From Marsupella aquatica (lineage: Eukaryota > Plantae > Marchantiophyta), in contig OZ316899.1 in NCBI GenBank assembly GCA_973895155.1, forward strand, positions 6,389,241-6,453,240: a DNA stretch of 64,000 nt, written 5' to 3'. The notes under the pieces were generated by a model that saw nothing but the letters and a program-made list of their open reading frames with translations, searched no databases and had not been told where the DNA came from. Positions 1-10,347 of the stretch are shown here, one piece after another. A program made the translations under genes and the position numbers. Positions within the stretch are counted from its first letter, which is position 1; every line of letters begins with the position of its first letter.

Positions 1-3000
1 AAGGGGTCCTTGATCGAGATTGAGGCGGCAATGCACACTGTTAACCAGTAAGTGTCTCTTCCAATATATTTCTAATCTAATCTATGATCATAGTGTTTCA
101 CTAGCGTCGGGCGCTACTGACTCCCTCTCTCGTTTTCAGGCTTGGGCAGGCAGTGGTCGAACCCTCTTGGATACTTGATGCAGACCGTATCAACCGAATT
201 CTCTCGAATGAACTCAATTACTACAAGTCTATCATTGACGCTGCAAACTTCAAGAAGTTTGGGCAGATCATGCAGAAAACACGGAAGGGATCGTGGTATA
301 CAAAAAAAATGCCTCAAGAAGCACTTTTGTACATCTTGTGTGAGAATAAGATCAAGTCTTATTCTCGACAGTTTAAGATGGATCTGGAACATGCTGCCGC
401 TCAGGGTACACCTTGGTCTCCCGGAGAGATTTCAAAAAGACATGCAGCGATGATGAAGGAGGCAACAAAGGATTGGGCAATAAAGGTGTCAAAAATCACT
501 CCTCTATTAAGCCCCGCTTTTGAGGATTTCATGCGGACATGTGCTGAGATGTACCCCCTCACAGAGAAGAATAAGAGAGAGAAGAAGCCGGATGCAGTTG
601 TCTGTACAATGGATCGAGCAAGATTGTTCACCACTGTCTTTGCCCTCGACCCCAAGCTGAGGAGTACCCTTCTGGTTGCCCATTGTACACCGGAGTTGAG
701 GAAACAATTCTTCCATCCACAGAGCGTTAATGACGATCCAGTGAAGCAATGGTGCCATACCTGGCAAACTTGGAACACTGTGGAGGGAATCGCCGTTGGT
801 TTGCTGCAAACCTCCCTACGCCAGGTCAGTGATATAGTACCCGCCAATCGGTTGCAGGAGTGGGAGTGTGAGTCGATTGAATCGCTTATTGAAATAGTCT
901 CAAATGACTTCAAGAAATTTGGGGACGCTGTGAAAGGCAAGTTTTTTAATACAATGTGGCCTTCCAAGTATCCCGACAAGGCTGACTACACCCTCAAGAA
1001 TCAGAAGAGGGCCAAACGATACCTGTACCGTTTCTTCATGCATATGGAGATTGTGAAGCCAGATTACTTTTGGGCATACCCTGCTGCTTTCCAAAAGTGG
1101 ATCGTTGTTCCCGAAGGAGACATACTGGCCGACGTGTATTCAATGTATCCCACTGAAGGGTGTCTTCCACCAAGGGAACTGTCAGAATGGGAGAGAATTC
1201 ATTGTCCTTGGTATTTGGACACCGATAGATGGGACTCTCCATTCGGAGACATTGAGAAAGACGCATTTCATAAGCTTTCAAAGTCTCAGGTCCCTCCCAA
1301 GTTTGTGTCTGACATGAAGTAGGGAATTGAAGGTGATGTGAGCAAGTCGGCGGCAGAATTGCAATCGGTGTGCGAAACTACGGTTGTTCATGTTGATCGA
1401 AGTCGCAAACCCAGAGCCAAAGCAAAAACCAAAGCTGCGGCACCGAGTACCTCAACGCGGTCCGCCAAAAAACGTAAGTTGTCATTCAGCTTGTAGCTTC
1501 ACATTTTGGTTAGCGCCAGGCGTTGCTATATGACTATGTCTATTGGTTTGTTTTTTCAATTGGTTTGGACAGCGCCTGGCGCTATTATTCAGCATTGAAT
1601 AAATTATGCTGTTTTTCCTTTAGGTGGGAGAAAGTCTGACGCTGCAACCGATGAAACAAAAGTAGATGCCACTCCGGAGCCTTCCGAAGCCAATACTGGT
1701 GCCCAGTCAGACCCAGTAACTCCAATTGACAAAGCGAAAGAGATTGTCCCTCTTGATGCACCAGTACAAAGAAGAAAAAGAAAAGGGCAATTCAAGCAGG
1801 AGAATCTTCCAGAGATGATGCCGCTGGAACTGGTGTTCAGAGAGATGTGGGAACCTTCAAGAGCAAATCTTCTAGGCATTGCATGGTGGAAACAAGTATC
1901 CAAGAATTTATTGATACTACTTTCAACAAAGCAGCGAAACCAGATTGGGTGACTGATGCAGAGAAATGGGGAAAGGACTTAATCAAGTCGGGTTCCCGAG
2001 AAAAGGGAGTAATCAGAGGAGGAAAAGAAAGATCATTTGGTGTCAATGCAGGATTCATCTATCTTCCTACTGGACTTAAACCTACGCTCATGGACCGTCG
2101 GGTTCCAAAGTGGAATGTACCAGACCACACAGTTCCCAATTATTTCTTCAAAGCGATGGACCCTTTCCTTTCTGATGATGGCATGCTTGCGATCTTGTAT
2201 TCTGATGACCATGACCAGGTCTCGCAAGTCATTTCAGCATGCTAGCAGTCCAAAAAGTTCCATTGTGTCAATTCAACAATGTCGTCATGTCTATGCCCAT
2301 GTACAGAGAAAAGACCGATATTCAGGTACAGATCATTGCATCTCTTGTTTATTGTTAGCGCCCGACGCTAATTTAGTCTTTGCTGTTGTTCTCGAATCAT
2401 TGCTCGTTGGTTGATAATTTGAGCCAAACGTGTGCGATGCGTGCAGGTATGTACCCTTAGGCTAGACATATTTTGTCGGACTTCTTCAAAAGGAAAGGTA
2501 CCAAAGGATCCAAGGTTTAAGCCTCTATCAATAAGTGAAGATCCTTCAATCTCTAACTTGATTGGGCTTCCAACCTTGAAGACAGATCATTTCCCGGAGT
2601 TGGATTTTGCTGGGAACGCCTGTCTTTCGGTTGGTTTCATGCAATCGGTGATAGAGCTTTTTACTCTTCCTGGAGATATTGTCCTTGACTGGACTGTAGG
2701 TTCAGGAAGCACATTCATTGCTGGTGATTTTTCTGGTCGTTTCGTGGTTGGGTTGGAAAACAGGCGTGAGTTTGTTGAGACCGCATCAAGGGTTTTCTTA
2801 GAACTTCTTGATCCCAAGCATGTTCCGATATTGCCTCCTCCCGCGACCAATTTAAGTGGTCGCAAAAAGAAAGATAGGCTCCGATCTATTCTCAATTTTG
2901 ATTCTGACGAAGAGGAAGGTACCTTTGGAGACGTCGGAGATGACACAGAGAAAACCCAGGAGGAAGATTCTTCGGAGAAGAGCGAAGACTCAGACGAGTA

Positions 3001-3001
3001 A
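1..3001 (+). pseudogene. Spliced gene, copy 1 (5' part outside window): end of ParB-like exon, helical region, linker and C-terminal beta-class amino-(N4C/N6A) DNA methyltransferase-like domain
   Basis: Exons about 1-47, 140-1473, 1624-2325 and 2447-3001, with GT-AG introns 48-139, 1474-1623 and 2326-2446. C-terminal ...SVGFMQSVIELFTLPGDIVLDWTVGSGSTFIAGDFSGRFVVGLE matches beta-class motifs X/I (KPxxLxxxxIxxxSxxGDxVLDPFxGSGTT). Upstream VNAGFIYLPTG and FFKAMDPFLSDDGMLAIL sit where motif IV (DPPY) and RVLKPGG fall. Premature TAG at 1320 and 2243 plus two frameshifts. Confidence 0.75.
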
Positions 3002-3407
3002 TGTTCTTCCAGTAAGCTTCTTTATCCTTTCAAGTGTTGTTGACAATTCTGGGTTCTTGCTCTCTTATCTCCTAAACTTATATTTTGATCCATTTTACTG
3101 GATCAGGTCAGAATGGAATCTGAGGAAGCATTTCCAACTCCGGAGGAGACTAGCTAGGAATGTAATTGTCACTCCTAAGAAGCCGTTTGTTTTGCCCTCA
3201 TACGCTGAAAATGCCGCTAGGAGGGTTGACAAAATTAGAACACTTTGTTGGGAAACAAAAGGTCTACGTCTTCAGAGGGGAGCAGACAGGAAGTTCATGA
3301 GGAACCCTTATATAGATGATGTTTCCCGAAGCAAGTACATTGATGACGAAGCCGAGTCCACGGACAGATCTGAAAGCTCCGCATCAGAAACATCTTGTAG
3401 TTTATAG
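3001..3407 (+). CDS. Small conserved ORF2 (~103 aa, basic then acidic) directly downstream of the MTase-like gene
   Basis: ATG at 3001 overlaps the TAA at 2999-3001. Removing intron 3012-3106 (GTAAG...CAG) gives MFFQSEWNLRKHFQL...TPKKPFVLPSYAENAARR...DDEAESTDRSESS. Clear paralogue at 8601-8967. Confidence 0.6.
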
Positions 3408-4187
3408 GTAGCAATGGGGTTTTCTTAGAATACGTCGTTTAATGTTTCAATATGTAAGCATTTCGATGAATTGGCTGATTTTAAGCCCTTTCAACTTTTA
3501 CTAGCACCAGGCGCTCCTCAAACATACTGTCTTTATTATATTTTTATTTCAGATTCTTGAAGTTTGAGTTGTGAAGACATGTGCTCAGGTGCAATATTGG
3601 CTAGCGCCGGGCGCTTCCCAATTTTCTAAAGGTTCTTGGGTGTGGATTCTTTCCGGGCTGTGGTTGCATAAATGTTTTGTTTTCCGTCTGATTTTGTTGT
3701 ATTAGGTGAACTGGCGGGAACAGTCGTGGATCTTTGCAGCTAGATGTCTTCTAGAAAGACCCTGATCGGGAGGAGGCTGGAATAGACAATGGTTGTCAAC
3801 TGGGATTACTATAGTAGCTCCAGGCGCTACTGAAAGGTTTTGGTTAATTATAATTGACTTAAATAGCGTTCCGAGATCGAACATTTCATAACCCCCTTCA
3901 TTAAATATCCTCCGAGAGTGCAATTGGTACAAATTATAGACTCTTCACAGCGCCCGGTGCTAGCAATAATCATGGAGAGTTCCTACCGCTACGAGTTTCT
4001 TATATTTACTCCTGTTTGTCTTTTAAAAAAACCTCACCTTTGGCGATATTTTTACCAGCGCCGGGTGCTACCCGAATTTTTTTTCAAAAGTTTGAGACTA
4101 GAATTTTCCTATTACCAGTATTTTTGCCTGTTACCAGTTTCTGTTATGAATACCTGTTTCCTGTTTTCCTGCCTTTTGTAAACACCT

Positions 4188-5894
4188 CTATGGGAAAGAG
4201 TTCAAGACCCAGATGATCCATTACAAATTCTCCGATGTGGCATGACCCATTTGTCTGCATTGTCACAATTGCCATATTGGTCAGAGTTGCCCATTAATCA
4301 CTTGTTAGATCCGATGCACATTGAGGGGAATGTGGGCAGATCATTGATTCGTCATCTATATGGGGAAAAGAACCACAACTGGAGAGAAAGTTGTGAGGAG
4401 ATGGGGATGCATGGTCTTCTTGGTTTTTGGCCATCTTTGGACCCCCTGGGTGACCCCCCCAACATCCATCCTCCTTGGGTTTTGAGTAGGGCAGAGCGCA
4501 TTGAGTTTTGCAGACGTATCGGATCAGTGAGGTTTCCCACAGGTTATGGGGCAAATCTCCGGAAAGCATTTGGCGGAGATGATTCTCCAAAATGGCCATC
4601 TTACTTGAAAACACATGATTTTCATCGATCGCTTGAACATGTCATTCCAATTGCAATTATTGGATTGGGTAGTGAGGAACTTCGTGATGCCCTTTGGTCA
4701 TTGGGCAAGCTTTTGAGATGGGTATGTCAAAAGGAGGTACGAGAGGATGACATTGCCGCAATGGAGACATTTGGAGTAGAGGTTGTGTGCAAGTTGGAGA
4801 AGGCACTCCCTCCCTCATTTTTTGATGGTCAGGTTCATTTTCTCATACATTTAGTGTGTGAGGTTGCAATTGCAGGTCCAGTGCATTGTCGATGGATGTA
4901 TTGGGTAGAGCGTTATATGGGAGTGATGAAATTGTATGTCTCTAATTGCGCTAGGGTGGAAGGTAGCATTGCAGAGCATCGCCTTGGAGCAGAGAGTATG
5001 TTTTATTGTACAAACATAGTTGCCACACTAGATCCAAATGCTCCTAGGGGATGGATAGATGAGGCGGCACGAGAGGCAGACTATGAGGATGATAGACTCA
5101 CTGGGGCATCAAAAGAGCGTCTCTTAAGCTCAGCGGAGCATTTGCAACTCACAACATTTATGTTGTACAACTCACCAGAGGTTGTAGGGGAGTGGACATC
5201 GTTTTATGAGGAGGAGAAGCAAAATAGTCAACGACCATGGATATTTCCTAAGTTTCACCCATACATGAAGTCAAAGTTGTTAGAAGTGGATGCCTTGGTG
5301 GGTACAAGGGAGAGTGTATTGCATTATCTAGAGGTGACTGATAAGCTTCGTACCCTTGTTCATGGTCCACTACTTATAGTCACAACTCGGACTGCCATGT
5401 GGTCCAAGGGAAGACACTTTTGTGTGGAACGACTTGATGAGAAGAGGGCAGCTACACAAGATTGTGGGGTCATGGGTTGGTTCACCCAAGATTCACAGAG
5501 CAGCACATTGGACAGGAATCCTATTCGGTCCACTATCGCTCATTATGGAAAGATTGAGGAGATCCTAACTGTGAAGTACCATGCACATACTACTTTGGAG
5601 GAAGTGGTATTGAAGTGCAAATGGTTCAAGATGAATCTTGTGGGCCACAATCGTACACGTGAAGATGATACATGCGGATTTACTCGGTTGAAGACAAGTG
5701 TTATCAGCTCAAATTGGAGGTCTTTAGATCCGTTTGCATTCCCACATCACCTTGAGCAATGTTTTTACCTACCTTATCCGGATGACTCAAATTGGTCTAT
5801 TGTGATGCCATATATCCCTTGATCACAATCCATAGTCCAGGATAGACCCAATGTAGTTGTAGTGGAAGATGATGACATCCCCTCCACCACTTAG
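4188..5894 (+). pseudogene. CACTA (En/Spm) Tnp2-type transposase, 5'-truncated (DUF4218 + DUF4216 regions)
   Basis: LPYW...HLLDPMHIEGNV, RFPTGY, LKTHDFH, LEKALPPSFFDGQVHFLIHL, GPVHCRWMYWVERYM and YGKIEEI...LKCKWF...DPFAFP...QCFY are typical CACTA motifs. In-frame TGA at 5820 and no N-terminal Transposase_21 domain. Confidence 0.93.
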
Positions 5895-6084
5895 CTAGTA
5901 AGCAGCAACTATAGCTAGCCCCCTACCATATTTGTGTTTATTTTCCCGACATTAAATATTTCTCGGCACTATATTTGTTTCTCAATGTCCACTCTTGCAT
6001 AAAACATATTCCATAAAGTATCTCTAATACTTCTCTCAACCCCACTCGACTAAGAACCTCAAGATAACCAGTGTCCAATGGTCT

Positions 6085-6619
6085 ATCCGATGAAACTTGC
6101 ATTAGATATGCATTGGAGCACAAAAGGCTCAATCGCAACAATTGTCCGATATCAAAACTATCGGAACACTCACATCCGATATTGGGAGCATCGGACCCCT
6201 CATCCAATGTTCCAAAAGAAAGGTCCGATATTGAACGCTTTGGAAATGTTTTTGATTCTTTACCTTACGCAATTCATGTCCGTAGCATTATATTACAAAA
6301 AACATCTCCGTTGTAATAAACATCGGACAATATCCGATGTTGTCAATTACGCACATTATATCCGATAACCTGAAGATTGGACCTTTGACAATACTCTTCC
6401 GATCAAATGTCCGATTCATTTTGTTTCGGAAACATTCTGATGTAACCGATATGGGATATTGGTTGCGTTAGGTAACACATCGGACTAACTAAATCCGATG
6501 CGGCGCACATCGTACATTACAATGGTATTTGTATCGGACAACATCCGATTCTCTGGGGTTTGGACATGACAAAATAGTCGCGTTTTGAGTATCGGAACGT
6601 TGTCAAAAATGTACTAGTG
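6085..6619 (+). mobile_element. CACTA 3' subterminal repeat field and terminus (...ACTAGTG)
   Basis: More than 15 TCCGAT/ATCGGA units in both orientations, ending in TAGTG (reverse complement of CACTA) at 6615-6619. Confidence 0.85.
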
Positions 6620-6759
6620 CAAAGTCATAAAACCAATGAGGATGGCAACTCATACTCCCGATTTTGAACACAAATATTTATATGCGTTTAGTGTAAGATG
6701 TACAACTGACCGTGCTCGCAAAACACCAAATTTATTCAAAAAACACATTCATTTATTGA

Positions 6760-7370
6760 AAAGCTTAACATATTGCCGACCGGCTTGTCTAAGGGTAATA
6801 CAATGGAAAATTCTAATTGTAATCCTAAGTCAAGAGCTAATCAACAAAAACAACCTTTGATGGCTAAAAACTCAAAACAAAATGAGAGTCCGAGGGATCA
6901 TCCATGCTTCTACATTGTTGGGATGATATGATAGCCCACACAAGCACCGGGCGCTACTCAAAACCATGTCATTCCTATCTCAAGATCCAGGATCGCTAGA
7001 AGACTCACATTCATTGTCCACCACTGCATTCGCTCTATTTTGATGTTGTTGAAAACCGAATGTGTTGAACATATTGCTGACCGGCTTGTCCGAGGGTAAT
7101 ACAATGGAAAATCCTCAGAAACAAATCTGAACTCAATAACTAATCCATGAAAGAAACCCTCCAAGGCTAGAAACTGAATACAAACTTAGAGTCCAAGGGA
7201 TCATCTCTGCTACTACATTGTTGGGATGATATGACTGCCCATGCTAGCGCCGGGCGCTACTCAAAACTATGGCGTCCTTCTCAAGATCCAGAATTGCATG
7301 AAGATCCACATTCATCGTCCATCCCTGCTTTTGCTCTAAACCGATCTTGCTGAAAACCAAATGTGCAAAA
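6760..7370. repeat. Diverged ~301-bp tandem duplication, each unit carrying one TAGCGCC-type palindrome
   Basis: catattgc(c/t)gaccggcttgtc...gggtaatacaatggaaaat at ~6769 and ~7070; ctacattgttgggatgatatga and ctcaagatccag occur in both units. Confidence 0.85.
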
Positions 7371-8600
7371 TTGCAAATATCATTGACTAGGAAGTCTTTG
7401 AGCTGGAACTGAGGAAGAAGGACTTGGAAAATTTGGGTCATGGAAATTGACACGCCCAAGGAACTCCGTAGAGTGCACTTCAACTTCCCAATCAATATTC
7501 TCCGATGGATCTTGGGGAGTGGGATAGTGAATCGATAAATGTTCCTGAAATGGTCTAGGGGGAGAATCAGGAATCCATGGAATGTTTTGATCACCAGGAC
7601 TCATCCCTTCATCAAGAGGCAAGAAAAGATGGTTTTGAATGTCCAATGTCTCCGTCACAACACTCTCATTGTCCACAATGGATGTGGATGAAAGATCAGT
7701 TTCCGATTGCGCCATCAAAAATGGCACATGGCGCGGTGGCCTTGCGCCCCTACCATTAGCAATGTTCGGGACTCAATGCTCCATCACTCCGGAATCAGGA
7801 TGAAATGACTCACTTTCTTCCAATGAAGCCAAATGAGGAACGGTAAAGGAAGAGTAAACCCTAAATGAAAACTCTTTGTATGAACAATGTCCAAAAAGTT
7901 TTGGGGATACAGAAGTGGATCTCATTCCTTTAATAGGCATAGTTACCGGTGGGAAGGGCCCAATGCCAATGACGAGGAAACAAATTCGACACTAGTTGTT
8001 GTGTATAGAATCGACAATAATTCCAACGGTAACAATGCCTGACAACGGATCCAAAGACCAGCATAAGAGACAATTTGGCTAACGCTAGGCGATATCAAAG
8101 TGAAACTGTAATTGTCATCACATATGGACAAGAACATAAAAAGACTTGGCTAAAACCTGGTGTTAACTAAATACATAAGAGCATCGTGTCTTTCGAAAAA
8201 GGGCGACAATTAAATTATCTAAAAATGAAAGGTTAAGGGTTTACAATTTGTACCACCTAACAATGGGAGCTAACGGTCATTTAATGGCAGTATTTGACGC
8301 CTTGCAACGACCACTGGAGTAGTCCGCTGCCTATCAATAGAAGGGACAAAACTCCAACGGTAACAATATCCGCGATAGACACCTTTTTGGCTAACGCCCA
8401 ACGCCTAACAAAAATTCAGCAAAAATTGGCTAAGATCTGGCACTATCCAAAATAGGTCCAAAGAATCCAAAATATTCCCACCCATACTAGGTCAAAATAA
8501 TCCAATGACCTTTTGCTATAAGTCCCGAGACTTATAGAGATTCAAGATTCACTAGAACTTCAACCTCACCAATGACACAAACAAACCGGGAAGATAGTAT

Positions 8601-9054
8601 TTATTTATATGTGGATTCTTGAAATTGGGTTATAATAGAATTGTGGAACAAATGCGGATGCTGAAAACTATTATAACCGGAGGACTCTCCCTCACTACTC
8701 TCAGACCTATCGGTAGATTCTGCCTCATCGTCCACAAATTCACTTCTACAAATGTCATCCACAAACTTCCTCACCAAAAACTTCCTATCACAACCTCTCC
8801 TAAGATGAAGGCCTTTCATTTCCCAAGACAATGTTTGGCATCTCTCAAATTTTCTGGCCGCTTTCTCTGCATATGATGGAAGAATAAATGGTTTTTCTGG
8901 TGTCATCTCCATTGTTGCAGCAATCATTTTCCAAAGGTCAAACCTTCTCTGCATATTCCACTATGACCTGAAAGTTTCATAGATATTAAAAATATATACA
9001 TGTAAAAATATCTTATTGAAAACAGTCGTGGGTTTGGAGCGGGCTTACGAGCAT
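8601..9054 (-). pseudogene. ORF2 paralogue (copy 2)
   Basis: MQRRFDLW...TPEKPFILPSYAEKAARK...LSWEMKGLHLRRGCDRKF...DDEAESTDRSESS aligns with 3107-3407. It has the same TAATG (9056-9052) and an intron at 8968-9048. Confidence 0.7.
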
Positions 9055-9288
9055 TACTGAGAAGACTCCTCATCCTCAGATTCAGTTCTGATCCCAAAGG
9101 ATTTGTCTTTTCTTCCTCATCGTCTCCAAGATCGACGACGGGAACATCTTCCTCATCAGGTTCCCCAGCAACATCCGGCTCGCTTTCTTCAGATTCAAAG
9201 TTTAAAATTGATCTAACTTTGTCCAACTTCTCTTTCCCCTTCCTTGACACTATCTTGTCCGGAGTCAAAGTTGACTTTGGCTCCAAAA

Positions 9289-9928
9289 TGTCATCTAGCG
9301 TTGGACGTCCGCGGTATGTGCGGGGATTCCCGACCTCTGTGAGTGAAAGAGTACCAAGGGGAGGGGGTACGACTAAGCTTGTTGGGCAAGTGCGGAGCCG
9401 GGCTCCGTTGTAGTGTACGCCCCTCGGCCTTGGACGTATTCATTCAAGAGCTGTCGGGTCAACCGAGTGTAATTGTATGTTGACTCTTGTAGTAAAATCC
9501 TTTCCCATTATTTCCTTCGTGTAAATCAAGATTGTATGCTTGTGTGTGTGTGTATGAATCTCGTGTATGGGTGCCAACGCTTGGCCAAATGCACTGCCCA
9601 AGCCATGCACGGGGTGCAGGTTGTGGATAAGTGGTTGCGAGCCTGGGTTGAGTGCCCGTATCATCAGATCCAAATCGAAGGCGGACAACACAAAGGCTTA
9701 GAAGCCCATAAGCTGGGGTCGATCTCGCTATTGCCTAAGGTACATTACGGTTGTGGAACACAAATCATACCTAGGAAGTGTCCATAGGTAACAGTAGACG
9801 CACTTAGCGCTAGTTTACGGGAGTTAGGGGCATTCTGTGCTTCCCTCCCTGCCCGAACCCTCATACTAACAAAGGAAATGCCTGTCTAAGCCAAAGCTCG
9901 GGTTAAGACCCAGGCTGACGACGTGACA
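9289..9928. mobile_element. 640-bp solo LTR with mismatched flanks
   Basis: TGTCA...TGACA termini and non-coding. It interrupts copy 2, and its flanks CAAAA / GGAGG are not a TSD. Confidence 0.65.
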
Positions 9929-10189
9929 GGAGGCAAGTCAAATTCTTGCAATGGCGCCTTGTTTGGACCCAACTCAACTATTGGTTGTTTATCCTTGTGC
10001 CCTGGACCTTGCGAAACCCCTGGACCGTCCTTGACTGCTGCCTTTGTAGCCGGCTAACACCCTTGCTCTTGACAGAACCAGGTTCCATTAGGATGCAAAT
10101 TGATGAGCTTCATGATGGCAACTGCATCTCAGCGAGCCTCGCCAAGATTGCGTTCATTATATGCAAGCAACTTATTACTCAACTAATAC

Positions 10190-10347
10190 TTCATCTCGGC
10201 AAGCCTCGCCGACATCTGGATTGGACCAGACACTTAATCTCGGAGAGCCTCGCCAATATTTGGATTGGACCAGACGCTTAATCTTGGAGAGCCTTGCCGA
10301 CATCTGGACTGGACCGTACACTTAATCTCGGCGAGCCTTGCCAACAT
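10190..10347. repeat. ~44-bp tandem repeat x3.5 containing the GAGCCTCGCCRA motif
   Basis: tctcgg(c/a)gagcct(c/t)gccRacatctggattggaccagacacttaa repeated. Confidence 0.85.

Larger units (their letters stand above)
1..4187 (+). mobile_element. Right-hand part and terminus of a TIR DNA transposon (probably Mutator-like) carrying the ParB/MTase-like gene, inserted into a CACTA transposase
   Basis: 4100-4187 (ttttcctattaccag...cctgtttcctg...tgtaaacacctc) resembles the termini of the ~310-bp MITEs at 12543 and 53252. The CACTA transposase reading frame starts abruptly right after it. Confidence 0.6.
102..8445. repeat. Dispersed 15-bp palindrome TAGCGCCNGGCGCTA (~15 copies here, plus 12686, 53379 and 53401)
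   Basis: Copies at 102, 1511, 1570, 2356, 3502, 3602, 3815, 3948, 4056, 6942 and 7245 (perfect), with degenerate ones at 8080, 8151, 8392 and 8431. All lie in introns or non-coding DNA. Confidence 0.85.

Noticed and set aside
401-979. Long antisense or overlapping ORFs (also 21590-22003, 39642-40004 and others)
   Set aside because: Shadow frames of the coding sequence on the opposite strand.
1847-3001. Bacterial or phage contamination, or a restriction-modification system
   Set aside because: The gene has spliceosomal introns, one at a position shared between paralogues, and is embedded in plant TEs. No endonuclease partner is visible.
1-6619. ParB/MTase gene as the second (TnpA-like) gene of the CACTA
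   Set aside because: A separate TIR-like end at ~4187 truncates the CACTA transposase, so they are different elements.
7244-7727. Third cargo gene (minus-strand ORFs)
   Set aside because: No recognisable motif and no convincing counterpart in copy 1; left unannotated.
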